DNA of 49,332 nucleotides from a virus. Taxonomy: Duplodnaviria > Caudoviricetes. A program made the position numbers and the translations under genes. This document shows, in pieces, positions 37,336-45,330 of the stretch; position 1 is the first letter of the stretch, and each line of letters opens with the position of its first letter. The notes below the pieces were generated by a model. That model did no database searches. It saw only the letters and a list, made by a program, of their open reading frames with translations, and was not told the origin of the DNA. The stretch covers positions 1 through 49,332 of IMG/VR virus record IMGVR_UViG_3300037483_000057, one strand, 5' to 3'.

Positions 37336-37468
37336 CTAGCTACTCCCTCTCTGTATTTACAGCAAGGATAAACATCCACCATATGAAGTTAATGCCTAAC
37401 CCCAGCCATAAGCTAACCGGGCATACGAGAGTTACTATCAGTATGGAAATGAATAGTGCAATCATTAG

Positions 37469-37756
37469 CTAGCCCTCTCGTGCAGCAGCTTGCATTGCCT
37501 GCTGGTAAAACTTAGCATTATCCCTAGCAAGAGCTAGTTTTTGTTCTTTGGATGCACGGCGGTATTGCGCATTCCAAAGATTTATTGCATTGGCATGACG
37601 TATTGCTTGTTCGGCAGTAGGTCCCTTGGTTCCAAACAACTTAGCTATGGGCCTTGGCTTGATATCCCGTAGACGAGACATTTCACTAGCCCAATCAACA
37701 GCGCTTAGTAAGTTATCATGTGTCATCGGATTACCCTCTCTTCGCCGCTTCGTCAT
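37469..37756 (-). CDS. Hypothetical early protein
   Basis: SD gggag; start uncertain. Confidence 0.5.
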   Translation of the reverse strand: MTKRRREGNPMTHDNLLSAVDWASEMSRLRDIKPRPIAKLFGTKGPTAEQAIRHANAINLWNAQYRRASKEQKLALARDNAKFYQQAMQAAAREG

Positions 37757-38023
37757 ACTCCCTTGCTAGCCTTGCCAGATACCGTTTGTGTTGCCATGCA
37801 TCCATAGCATTACCTATCAATGTAGCTACGAGATAGGTAGCAATTAGCGTGAGCCAAATGACAATGATTATTACCAGCGGATTAATGAGATACATACTAA
37901 CTCCTTGCCCATTGGTTCAGTAAAATGTCTAAACGGGACCTATCCCCATGATTCCATCGTGTTGCCATCCAGGAAAACATCGGGGCATAACGCCAGTACT
38001 TCGCGTGCTGCCACATTGCTCGA

Positions 38024-38263
38024 CTACGGGCGTGAGGGCCACCTTGACGAGCGAATCCGAATCTCCAGGTAATCACCATCTGGTGAGACATATGAGTCCT
38101 CTCCGCGATTAAGGGCCGCTATGCATCTGCGGATCACGGCTTTCCTCCCGTGTACTGGACCAGAGAGCCGGTATTTTCCGCCCCTATGTGTCACCTCGGC
38201 GCTGTCGTACCCGCGAGTGCTGTCACCGGATGATATCATCTGACCATGTATGGTTATTTTCAA
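38024..38263 (-). CDS. Hypothetical early protein
   Basis: Directly follows 38266-38598; TTG start. Confidence 0.45.
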   Translation of the reverse strand: MKITIHGQMISSGDSTRGYDSAEVTHRGGKYRLSGPVHGRKAVIRRCIAALNRGEDSYVSPDGDYLEIRIRSSRWPSRP

Positions 38264-38265
38264 AG

Positions 38266-38598
38266 CTATTCTACCTCGTCTACTTCATCCAATAAAGAGT
38301 CTGCTATCTCGTGCCAGTCGATAAGGTTGACAGCAGCATTTAGGATATCTGCAAAGGGTCCTGCTTGTTCAGGCATCCATGATTCAAGCCAATCTTCACA
38401 CTCCGTCTTTAGTTGTTTAGCTAAATCGCTAGTAGCACTAATCCAGGCGAACTCGGCGCTGGTATCCTGGGTATTTTCTATCACCCGTTCCGCCTCAGAA
38501 GCCCAATATTCTTGTGTCCCTTCGTCATTGTCCATCCATAACTTCCAGTTCCAGGTTTCGTAGTTTGTCCAGCCGTTATATGTGTCCTGATTAGTCAT
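38266..38598 (-). CDS. Acidic Trp-rich early protein (YNGWTNYETW family)
   Basis: SD ggag; recurrent phage N-terminal motif; strongly acidic. Confidence 0.7.
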   Translation of the reverse strand: MTNQDTYNGWTNYETWNWKLWMDNDEGTQEYWASEAERVIENTQDTSAEFAWISATSDLAKQLKTECEDWLESWMPEQAGPFADILNAAVNLIDWHEIADSLLDEVDEVE

Positions 38599-38615
38599 GT
38601 TCGTTTCTCCACAAG

Positions 38616-38834
38616 TTAGATAAATTCAATGCACCTATTGATGGCATAGCTTACGCTACGCGCCCCATAATCCGGCAATAATTCTACCGGGAATCTTTCT
38701 ACATGCTCACCCCTCCTAATCAACGTGACAAGTTCATACCGCCCAGATTCGTTTGCATCGCGATAGTAGGCAATGCGGTCTAGGGAGGGACTAGCATAGG
38801 TCTTTGCCCCTAACTTTATGTATCTGTTGCTCAT
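38616..38834 (-). CDS. Hypothetical early protein
   Basis: SD aagga; packed in the early operon. Confidence 0.55.
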   Translation of the reverse strand: MSNRYIKLGAKTYASPSLDRIAYYRDANESGRYELVTLIRRGEHVERFPVELLPDYGARSVSYAINRCIEFI

Positions 38835-38838
38835 GGTG

Positions 38839-39159
38839 TCATTCCTTTAGCAGACTCGTCTGCGCCTCTAAAAGTTTGTCACGTAGCCATGCAGCACGGT
38901 TTTTGTCCGGCTGCTGCTCAATCATTTGCTCAATCTGTTGATTGAGTCTATGCAAGTTTCGCTCGCGTATGATGTTATAGTATTCCAGCCATTCAGACTT
39001 GGACATAGCGCCACCAAGTATCGGAGTAGCTCTTTGAGTGTAGCCGTTAGCATCATATTCATGTCTGATTAGGCGACCAGTACTTAGTAATACATCCTGT
39101 TCCAACATAATGCTGTCCCTATCCATTTCTAACCTTCTTACCTTTAAAGACCATTCCAA
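38839..39159 (-). CDS. Hypothetical early protein
   Basis: Packed ORF; true start is probably the internal MDRD. Confidence 0.5.
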   Translation of the reverse strand: MEWSLKVRRLEMDRDSIMLEQDVLLSTGRLIRHEYDANGYTQRATPILGGAMSKSEWLEYYNIIRERNLHRLNQQIEQMIEQQPDKNRAAWLRDKLLEAQTSLLKE

Positions 39160-39415
39160 CCCCAGCAGATCGGCCAGTATACGCTACGCCGTCAACCATG
39201 GCGCGAACCTGATTCATAGTGTCAGACATGTAACTATGAGGTGTTTTCCAAGTTCTGGTAATCCTGTAGCTGCCAAGTCGCTTACCATGCCAATCAGTCA
39301 GCACACCATCAGCAGCTAGGTAGGCTACAATGTTCTTAGGTGTCACCTCAGCGCCCTTGCCGTGCCAAGCTGTTCCAGCGTGCACAAAACAGCAATTTTT
39401 CTCTTGGTAGTTCAT
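39119..39415 (-). CDS. Hypothetical early protein
   Basis: SD gggag; 98 aa. Confidence 0.6.
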   Translation of the reverse strand: MNYQEKNCCFVHAGTAWHGKGAEVTPKNIVAYLAADGVLTDWHGKRLGSYRITRTWKTPHSYMSDTMNQVRAMVDGVAYTGRSAGVGMVFKGKKVRNG

Positions 39416-39439
39416 GAAGTAATTCTCCCTCTAACGACG

Positions 39440-39643
39440 TTAGATAAATTCAATTTCTCTTTGTGCCTGGAATACCCTCTCTTCGTCGTACTCGGCGTCC
39501 CTTTGTGCCTGGAATACCAAGTCTATTACTGTGATGATTTGTTCCGTTAACGATGGATGCACGTTAGAACGAAGCATCGCATATAAACCTATACGTATCA
39601 GGAAGAGATTGCTACTGGTTAACTTTGTGTTTTGGTATGTCAT
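39440..39643 (-). CDS. Hypothetical early protein with internal VFQAQR duplication
   Basis: 18-bp direct repeat at 39459-39476 and 39501-39518. Confidence 0.5.
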   Translation of the reverse strand: MTYQNTKLTSSNLFLIRIGLYAMLRSNVHPSLTEQIITVIDLVFQAQRDAEYDEERVFQAQREIEFI

Positions 39644-39669
39644 TACTGGTCCCTTTTCTAGTCTTTAGA

Positions 39670-39849
39670 TTAGGCTATAAGCACAACCGCATCGGGGTTA
39701 AGTTCCTGAATCTTGCGGAGTACCACACTAGCCACTGTAGCTGGTGTGAATGGTGTCGGCACAGTAGGGGTGCCAAACAGTTCTATAACCTGTGGATCAT
39801 CATATGTTGCCAGCCAGCAGTCTGGACTTCGTGTTAGGGTGATTACCAT
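39670..39849 (-). CDS. Hypothetical early protein, 59 aa (absent from the ORF track)
   Basis: Translated by hand: MVITLTRSPDCWLATYDDPQVIELFGTPTVPTPF...IQELNPDAVVLIA; fills the operon gap. Confidence 0.6.
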   Translation of the reverse strand: MVITLTRSPDCWLATYDDPQVIELFGTPTVPTPFTPATVASVVLRKIQELNPDAVVLIA

Positions 39850-39854
39850 ATGAT

Positions 39855-40052
39855 TTATCCCCGCGAGCCCAGCGCCCTTGCCATGCGTGCCTTTATTTGG
39901 TACTGACGGCTCAGGCCGTGCCGGCTACTGTTATTGACCGTGACTTGCGCCAGCACAAAGGGACGGCAGAGAGCAAGAAGGTCAGTGTGATAGAAGGTGT
40001 TCATGTCTTTCTCCAGGGTGTGACCGTAAAAATATGTGGTTGTCATTTTCAT
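39855..40052 (-). CDS. Hypothetical early protein
   Basis: SD ggag downstream of the putative promoter at 40078-40106. Confidence 0.45.
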   Translation of the reverse strand: MKMTTTYFYGHTLEKDMNTFYHTDLLALCRPFVLAQVTVNNSSRHGLSRQYQIKARMARALGSRG

Positions 40053-40077
40053 TTCTCCAGGTTGTACTATGATTCTA

Positions 40078-40106
40078 TTTATACGCCTGTATATTCAGGT
40101 TGTCAA
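40078..40106 (-). promoter_or_regulatory. Putative sigma70-type early promoter
   Basis: Minus strand TTGACA-N17-TATAAA; the spacer contains the inverted repeat CCTG-AATATA-CAGG. Confidence 0.65.
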
Positions 40107-40373
40107 TACTATACAGTGGTATCTTGCCCCAAATTTGGGTGTACCGCAGCAATCACAGGGTTGGTGCGAGAATTGCTCATCCTGCGTCTCATCACCAACG
40201 TATATACTACCACCGGCATTCCTAAATCCTTGTTCAATCCGCGCCCTTATATCCAAGGCGAGCTCATTTCCGTGCACGTCATAGTAATAATCCAAGTGAG
40301 AATAATCACCATTAGCGATGACCGGCAGGCAGTCACCGCAAACCATGTAATTGTCATCCAGTATCTTGCTCAT
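40095..40373 (-). CDS. First early gene; small Cys-rich (CxxC...CDCCG) protein
   Basis: VCGDC...FSHQPCDCCG; directly downstream of the putative promoter at 40411-40439. Confidence 0.65.
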   Translation of the reverse strand: MSKILDDNYMVCGDCLPVIANGDYSHLDYYYDVHGNELALDIRARIEQGFRNAGGSIYVGDETQDEQFSHQPCDCCGTPKFGARYHCIVLTT

Positions 40374-40410
40374 GATCTATTTCTCATTTCATTGGTTGTA
40401 CACAAGTACA

Positions 40411-40439
40411 GATATACGCTATGGGATTGGGTATGTCAA
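40411..40439 (-). promoter_or_regulatory. Putative sigma70-type early promoter
   Basis: Minus strand TTGACA-N17-TATATC. Confidence 0.55.
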
Positions 40440-40447
40440 TACCCTTT

Positions 40448-40475
40448 GTGTTGTCACATAGGTGTTGTCACATAG
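40448..40475. repeat. Tandem repeat 2 x 14 bp (gtgttgtcacatag)
   Basis: Read directly from the sequence. Confidence 0.9.
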
Positions 40476-40850
40476 GATGCCTTTGGCATCATGGTAACCA
40501 TGCTAAGACCATATATATATATAACTATAGTAAAACTATAACTATATTAAAACCATAGTAAAACCATAATATATATATATATATAACTATACTAATACCA
40601 TTCTTTCTGTACTAAACCCATCACTTTGTCGTCAAACAACGACACTTTCTGTCCCTAAACCACTGAATTCCGCCCTTAACATGTGGTTATATGTCCCATT
40701 ATGTGTGTTATATGGGGTACCCACACCACATTATATCCCACAATGGTTGCTATATTACTACATTATTGTTGCTATATTCCCACACCCCTGCTATCTTGTT
40801 GCTATAATACAACTATTGTGTTGCTTATATCCCTATAGTATGCTATACTA

Positions 40851-40890
40851 GAGTATACAGTATTATTCAGGAGTATACAGTATTATTCAG
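40851..40890. repeat. Tandem repeat 2 x 20 bp (gagtatacagtattattcag)
   Basis: Read directly from the sequence. Confidence 0.9.
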
Positions 40891-41051
40891 GTGTTGTTTT
40901 AGAGGGGGGCGTGGGGAAACTTGGGGGTTTTGATAAAATTTGTGTACCAACCCTGCCAAATGAGGGGAGAAAATAGGGTCATAAACATAATTTATGGCAC
41001 AACATAAGGTGTTGTCTTGAAACTAAATTATTAATTTATAGTCTAATTATA

Positions 41052-41705
41052 ATGGCACAACATAATGTGATCACAATAGCATGGGGTAACAAAGTATCTC
41101 AAGAGTTTAGAGATAAACTATTAGAGATATGTGAGAAGGATTTTGAATGGCCCGAAGGGCATGCAAGCTGGGTAATGTCCTGCATTGCATTTGAGACTGG
41201 AGAAACATTCTCACCAAAGATACGTAATGCAGCAGGGTCAGGGGCTACTGGTTTGATACAATTCATGCCTCAAACAGCAGATAACCTAGGGGTTACTACT
41301 GCTATATTATCTGTTATGACTGCTGTGGAACAGCTTGATTATGTAAAGAAATACTTTGAACCTTATCATAAAAAGATAAAATCTTTATCAGATATGTATA
41401 TGGCTATATTAGCTCCTAAGTATATTGGCTTCCCAGAAGATACTGTGCTATATGCTAATGGCGCAGCTTATAGACAGAATAGCGCTCTGGATGTGGATGG
41501 TGATGGAAGGATAACTAAGAAAGAAGCCACTAGATTTGTAGAAGCTAAGTTATTCAAGGGGTTACTAGCTGATAATGTCTATGTTGAGACAGGAGTTACT
41601 AAACCTGGGAACATCCAGGATACACATGCCCCTAGGGATGCTAAGATTACAAATCTTTTAACCACGATTGAAAATACTATAAGAGATCTTCTTAAAAATG
41701 GATAA
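41052..41705 (+). CDS. Endolysin, lysozyme-like/transglycosylase fold with EF-hand-like motif
   Basis: IAFETGETFSP..NAAGSGATGLIQFMP..A, EQLDYV..YF, DMYMAIL, YRQN..LDVDGDGRITKKE. Confidence 0.8.
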   Translation: MAQHNVITIAWGNKVSQEFRDKLLEICEKDFEWPEGHASWVMSCIAFETGETFSPKIRNAAGSGATGLIQFMPQTADNLGVTTAILSVMTAVEQLDYVKKYFEPYHKKIKSLSDMYMAILAPKYIGFPEDTVLYANGAAYRQNSALDVDGDGRITKKEATRFVEAKLFKGLLADNVYVETGVTKPGNIQDTHAPRDAKITNLLTTIENTIRDLLKNG

Positions 41706-41905
41706 ACTCCAGGGAGAGTTTAGTGAGTAGATGTACTCCATTTAAACAAAATATTCAGAAGTTGCTAGAAGCTATAAAAGACTTCCCTCAAGGAAGGGTG
41801 GGACATGAGTTTAAGAATGTATTTGTAGAACTCTGGCGTTATTGGACTGGAAAGTGTTAATAGGACAGCATCTTGAGTTGTCTATGGAACAGCGTGGAGT
41901 GTTGT

Positions 41906-43195
41906 ATGGCTAACTTCCTAGAAAATCTTCAAGTTGGGGCACAACATCCTATGTTGTTAGGGGATCTATCACAGGCACAACCCAGAGGGTTGTCTAGTGG
42001 ATTTAATCAAGGTCTTGGTAATCTCTTACAGAGACCCCTACAACCCCAAGTATCTACCCCTCAAGGATATCCCACTACAAGTATATCTTTGGAAGATATA
42101 CTAAAGTTTGCTCCTGGCCTAGGTACTAAGGAATCTTTACAACAAGGCATGGAATCTCCCTCTTTGGGAGGGAAGGCACTGGGGTATGGTAGTGCTGCTT
42201 TGGATATAATACCCGGCATTAGTGCAGCTAAGTTAGGAATATTTAAAGCTGCTCCTCTACTTGGGGGGATGATTGTTGGCCGTAAGGCATTGACAAAGGA
42301 ATCTCCGGAAGAGATAGAGAGATTAGCACAAAAAGGAGTGGAGAAGTACGAGAAGTTTGGATGGTTTAAAGATGTAGTAGGGGATATACAGAGGGAAGTA
42401 AGCGATATAGGAGCAACTATTACTCCTGATTTTAGAATTCATGCCGAAGGTGCTTTTAACCCGGATGTAAATAAACTCCTCATGAATTCGGGAAATAAAA
42501 AGGTTGACTTCTCCTTGGGAGAAGTTCTGAAGCATGATGAACTATATCAACTTTATCCTAATGCTGGAATAGAGAATCTTAAAGTTAAGATAAATCCTGA
42601 TATGAAAGCTTTAGGTGCTTGGGAACCATCGGTGAGTAAGGAAGGTCGATTAGGGGCTTTTGCTACTATTCATATTAATCCAAGAAGGATTCAGGAATTA
42701 GCTAAAAAGGAGGGTCGTGAACTTACTAATGTTCTTACATCGATTATATTGCACGAAACACAACATGCTATTCAAACCTATGAGAATTTCTCTGGCGGCG
42801 CGTCTCCTGAATATTTTAAGCAGCTACTAGAACCTAATTTCTTGAAAACAATGAATGAAAGTTTAAAAGAAATAGAAAATAAGAAAAAACTCAGACCTGA
42901 AGATTCTGGTTTAATAGCACAAGAACAATATTATAAGAATTTTCTTGATTTTGCAGAGAATATCAAGAAAGGTTCTTACGGGGAAGATAAATTATATTTT
43001 AATACCCTTGGAGAACAACAGGCTAGAGATGTGTCAGAAAGATTCTTAAGAGCTAAGAATCCTAGATGGGGAGAGGAAGCGGTTTATAGTACTCGTCCTA
43101 GAACTGGGGGAGAGGGTAGAATATTAACCCCCTATACATCTCTTAAAGCGAATATTATGGGTAATGTAAGCCCTAGATTTAGAGGATTAGAATAA
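41906..43195 (+). CDS. LPD23-like polyvalent-protein domain with HEXXH metallopeptidase-like motif
   Basis: GWFKD..G...REVSD, LGEVLKHDELYQLYP, LHETQHAIQ..ENF.GG, Y....GEQQARDV..R. Start reassigned to ATG 41906. Confidence 0.65.
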   Translation: MANFLENLQVGAQHPMLLGDLSQAQPRGLSSGFNQGLGNLLQRPLQPQVSTPQGYPTTSISLEDILKFAPGLGTKESLQQGMESPSLGGKALGYGSAALDIIPGISAAKLGIFKAAPLLGGMIVGRKALTKESPEEIERLAQKGVEKYEKFGWFKDVVGDIQREVSDIGATITPDFRIHAEGAFNPDVNKLLMNSGNKKVDFSLGEVLKHDELYQLYPNAGIENLKVKINPDMKALGAWEPSVSKEGRLGAFATIHINPRRIQELAKKEGRELTNVLTSIILHETQHAIQTYENFSGGASPEYFKQLLEPNFLKTMNESLKEIENKKKLRPEDSGLIAQEQYYKNFLDFAENIKKGSYGEDKLYFNTLGEQQARDVSERFLRAKNPRWGEEAVYSTRPRTGGEGRILTPYTSLKANIMGNVSPRFRGLE

Positions 43196-43386
43196 TGAAG
43201 AAATCACCTATGTCTTCAACTGCTAAAGAATACTTTGGTGTTGGGGGGGAATATACTGGATATACTGGAAAGAGACACCCCATAGATGGTGCTGTAACTA
43301 GAGAATACTCGGTTAAACCGGGAATTAGTATTGGTAGTGGTGTATCTAGCATCCGTAAGATGAAACGTCGCATGAGAGAATATTAA
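43195..43386 (+). CDS. Small basic hypothetical protein
   Basis: TAATG-coupled; SD gagg. Confidence 0.5.
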   Translation: MKKSPMSSTAKEYFGVGGEYTGYTGKRHPIDGAVTREYSVKPGISIGSGVSSIRKMKRRMREY

Positions 43387-43480
43387 TATGCCTCCTCTAA
43401 ACTCCCGAGAGAGTTTCATTTGCGGAAAAAAGAAGGATAAAAATAAGATGCCCAGACCTAAGAAGAAGGGTGGGTATTAA

Positions 43481-43609
43481 TTGCCTAAGAAGTTGGAAAG
43501 ATGTGTAAGAAAAGTGAAAGCTAAAGGTGGTGGAGTTAATCCTTGGGCTATCTGTGTTAAGAGTACGGGACTTAAACCACATAGAGGAAAGAAGAAGAGA
43601 GCAAAATAA
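43481..43609 (+). CDS. Small basic protein, 42 aa (TTG start; PKKLERCVRKVKAKG..NPWAIC...)
   Basis: Translated by hand; its stop overlaps the TerS ATG (TAATG). Confidence 0.55.
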   Translation: MPKKLERCVRKVKAKGGGVNPWAICVKSTGLKPHRGKKKRAK

Positions 43610-44031
43610 TGTCATCTACAATAGAGATACTTGCTCAGAGAGAGCAAAAGAAACAAGATAAAGTGAATCTCATGGCTAAGGCCAGGGCGAGTAGAAAGAC
43701 CTTTGGTCGCCCCGTTGGTAGTAAGAATGGAGTAACTCTTTTAAAAGAGGCTATCTTGCAGCAAGCTGAAGAGAAAGTTCTTCAGGAATTCATGCAGATA
43801 GTACAGACGACTATTGATCTTGCTAATAAAGGAGATACTTCTTGTTTAAAGATACTCTGGGATAGAATTATACCATCTAAAAGAGCTATTGATGTTACTC
43901 ATACTGGTAATGAAAAGCTACAAGTAGTAATTAATGTTTCAGGTATGGAAACTAAAGGTGTACAAGATATATCCATGACAACTTTAAAGAGTTGTGCCAT
44001 TATAGATGGAGAGATTGTAGAAGATGCCTGA
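43609..44031 (+). CDS. Terminase small subunit
   Basis: GRPVGSKN, A..GD...LK..WDRIIP; overlaps the TerL start. Confidence 0.75.
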   Translation: MSSTIEILAQREQKKQDKVNLMAKARASRKTFGRPVGSKNGVTLLKEAILQQAEEKVLQEFMQIVQTTIDLANKGDTSCLKILWDRIIPSKRAIDVTHTGNEKLQVVINVSGMETKGVQDISMTTLKSCAIIDGEIVEDA

Positions 44032-45328
44032 GTTAGATTTCAAATTGCATAATGCCCAAATGCAAATCTTTACAGATAAGGCCAGATTTAAAGTTGTGGC
44101 AGCAGGCAGACGGTTTGGGAAAAGTTATCTTAGTGCAATAGAACTTCTTATTGAAGGCTTAAAGAATGAAAATGAAGAAGGGACATCCCTAACGAATAAG
44201 AGAGTATTCTATATTGCTCCTACATTTGATCAAGCGAAACGTATCATGTGGGACTTGATAAAGGACTTAGGAAAGGAGGTGATCCAATCTACTCTGGAGA
44301 ACCAAGCAATAGTCACCCTTATAAATGGGAGAAAAATAGAGTTAAAGGGTGCAGATAGACCGGAGACATTGCGTGGTGTTGGTCTATCTTTTGTAGTCTT
44401 GGATGAATATGCCTTTATGAAACCAGAAGTTTGGGAACAGATTATTCGTCCTACTCTAACAGATGTAAAAGGTCATGCCTTGTTCATAGGTACTCCAGAT
44501 GGCAAAAACCATTTCTATGATTTATATATGGAGGCCCAAAAAGCTGAGGGATGGAAGGCTTTCTCTTATACCAGTATGGATAACCCAACATTGGATAAGT
44601 TGGAGATTGAGGTGGCAAAGAAGAATCTTTCTACCACGAACTTCAAGCAGGAATATGAAGCATCTTTCTCGGCAGGTGGTGGTGTTTTATTTAAAGAGGA
44701 ATTCTTCCAAGAGATGGCTAAGGAACCGGAAGAAGGTACTTGGTACATAGCTGTTGATCCTGCTGGTTACGGAGATATGGAAGAAGTTACACAAGGAAAG
44801 GCTTCGAGATTAGATGAAGCAGCGATAGCTTGTGTTAAAGTAGGCTCTTATGGTTGGTATATTGGGGATATAGATCATGGAAGATGGGGTATCAGAGAGA
44901 CTTCAGTAAGAATTCTAAGAGCAGCACAGAAATATGAAGCATTGATTGTAGGTATTGAGAAGGGATCACTGAAACAAGCTATTATGCCATATTTAAGTGA
45001 CCAGATGTTAAGATTAAAAGTATTTCCAAGGATACAAGACGTAACTCATGGTAATCAAAAGAAGACAGAGAGGATTACGTGGGCACTTGGTGGGAGATTT
45101 GAACACAGGAGAATCTTCTTTAAAAAGGGGGCAGAGTTTATTCCCCATCTTGTATCACAATTGTTAGATTTTCCGAATCCTCTTGCTCATGATGATCTTG
45201 TTGATGCATTAGCTTATATAGATCAAGTAGCCCAGACGGATTATGAACCCCAAGAAACAGAGCATGAGGAGTGGATAGAGGAAGATGAAAGTTTTAATAT
45301 GGGTAGATGTGGTGTTACTGGCTATTAA
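44024..45328 (+). CDS. terL: Terminase large subunit
   Basis: Walker A AAGRRFGKS, APTFDQA, LRG, Walker B VVLDEYA, IGTP, QEYEASF, nuclease AVDPAG and HDDLVDAL. Confidence 0.95.
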   Translation: MPELDFKLHNAQMQIFTDKARFKVVAAGRRFGKSYLSAIELLIEGLKNENEEGTSLTNKRVFYIAPTFDQAKRIMWDLIKDLGKEVIQSTLENQAIVTLINGRKIELKGADRPETLRGVGLSFVVLDEYAFMKPEVWEQIIRPTLTDVKGHALFIGTPDGKNHFYDLYMEAQKAEGWKAFSYTSMDNPTLDKLEIEVAKKNLSTTNFKQEYEASFSAGGGVLFKEEFFQEMAKEPEEGTWYIAVDPAGYGDMEEVTQGKASRLDEAAIACVKVGSYGWYIGDIDHGRWGIRETSVRILRAAQKYEALIVGIEKGSLKQAIMPYLSDQMLRLKVFPRIQDVTHGNQKKTERITWALGGRFEHRRIFFKKGAEFIPHLVSQLLDFPNPLAHDDLVDALAYIDQVAQTDYEPQETEHEEWIEEDESFNMGRCGVTGY

Positions 45329-45330
45329 TA

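Larger units (their letters stand above)
40440..41050. other. Non-coding divergent control region; candidate replication origin and/or physical genome end
   Basis: No convincing ORF; two (AT)n tracts, several tandem and dispersed repeats, and G-tracts; the coding strand switches here. Confidence 0.6.

Noticed and set aside
39897-40475. 192-aa + strand ORF over the first early genes
   Set aside because: It overlaps two minus-strand genes and both putative promoters and has no recognisable motifs; likely a shadow ORF.
40440-40900. CRISPR array or mini-array in the repeat-rich region
   Set aside because: The repeats are adjacent tandem pairs or short degenerate motifs, with no constant 25-40-bp repeat separated by unique spacers. 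No cas genes are present.
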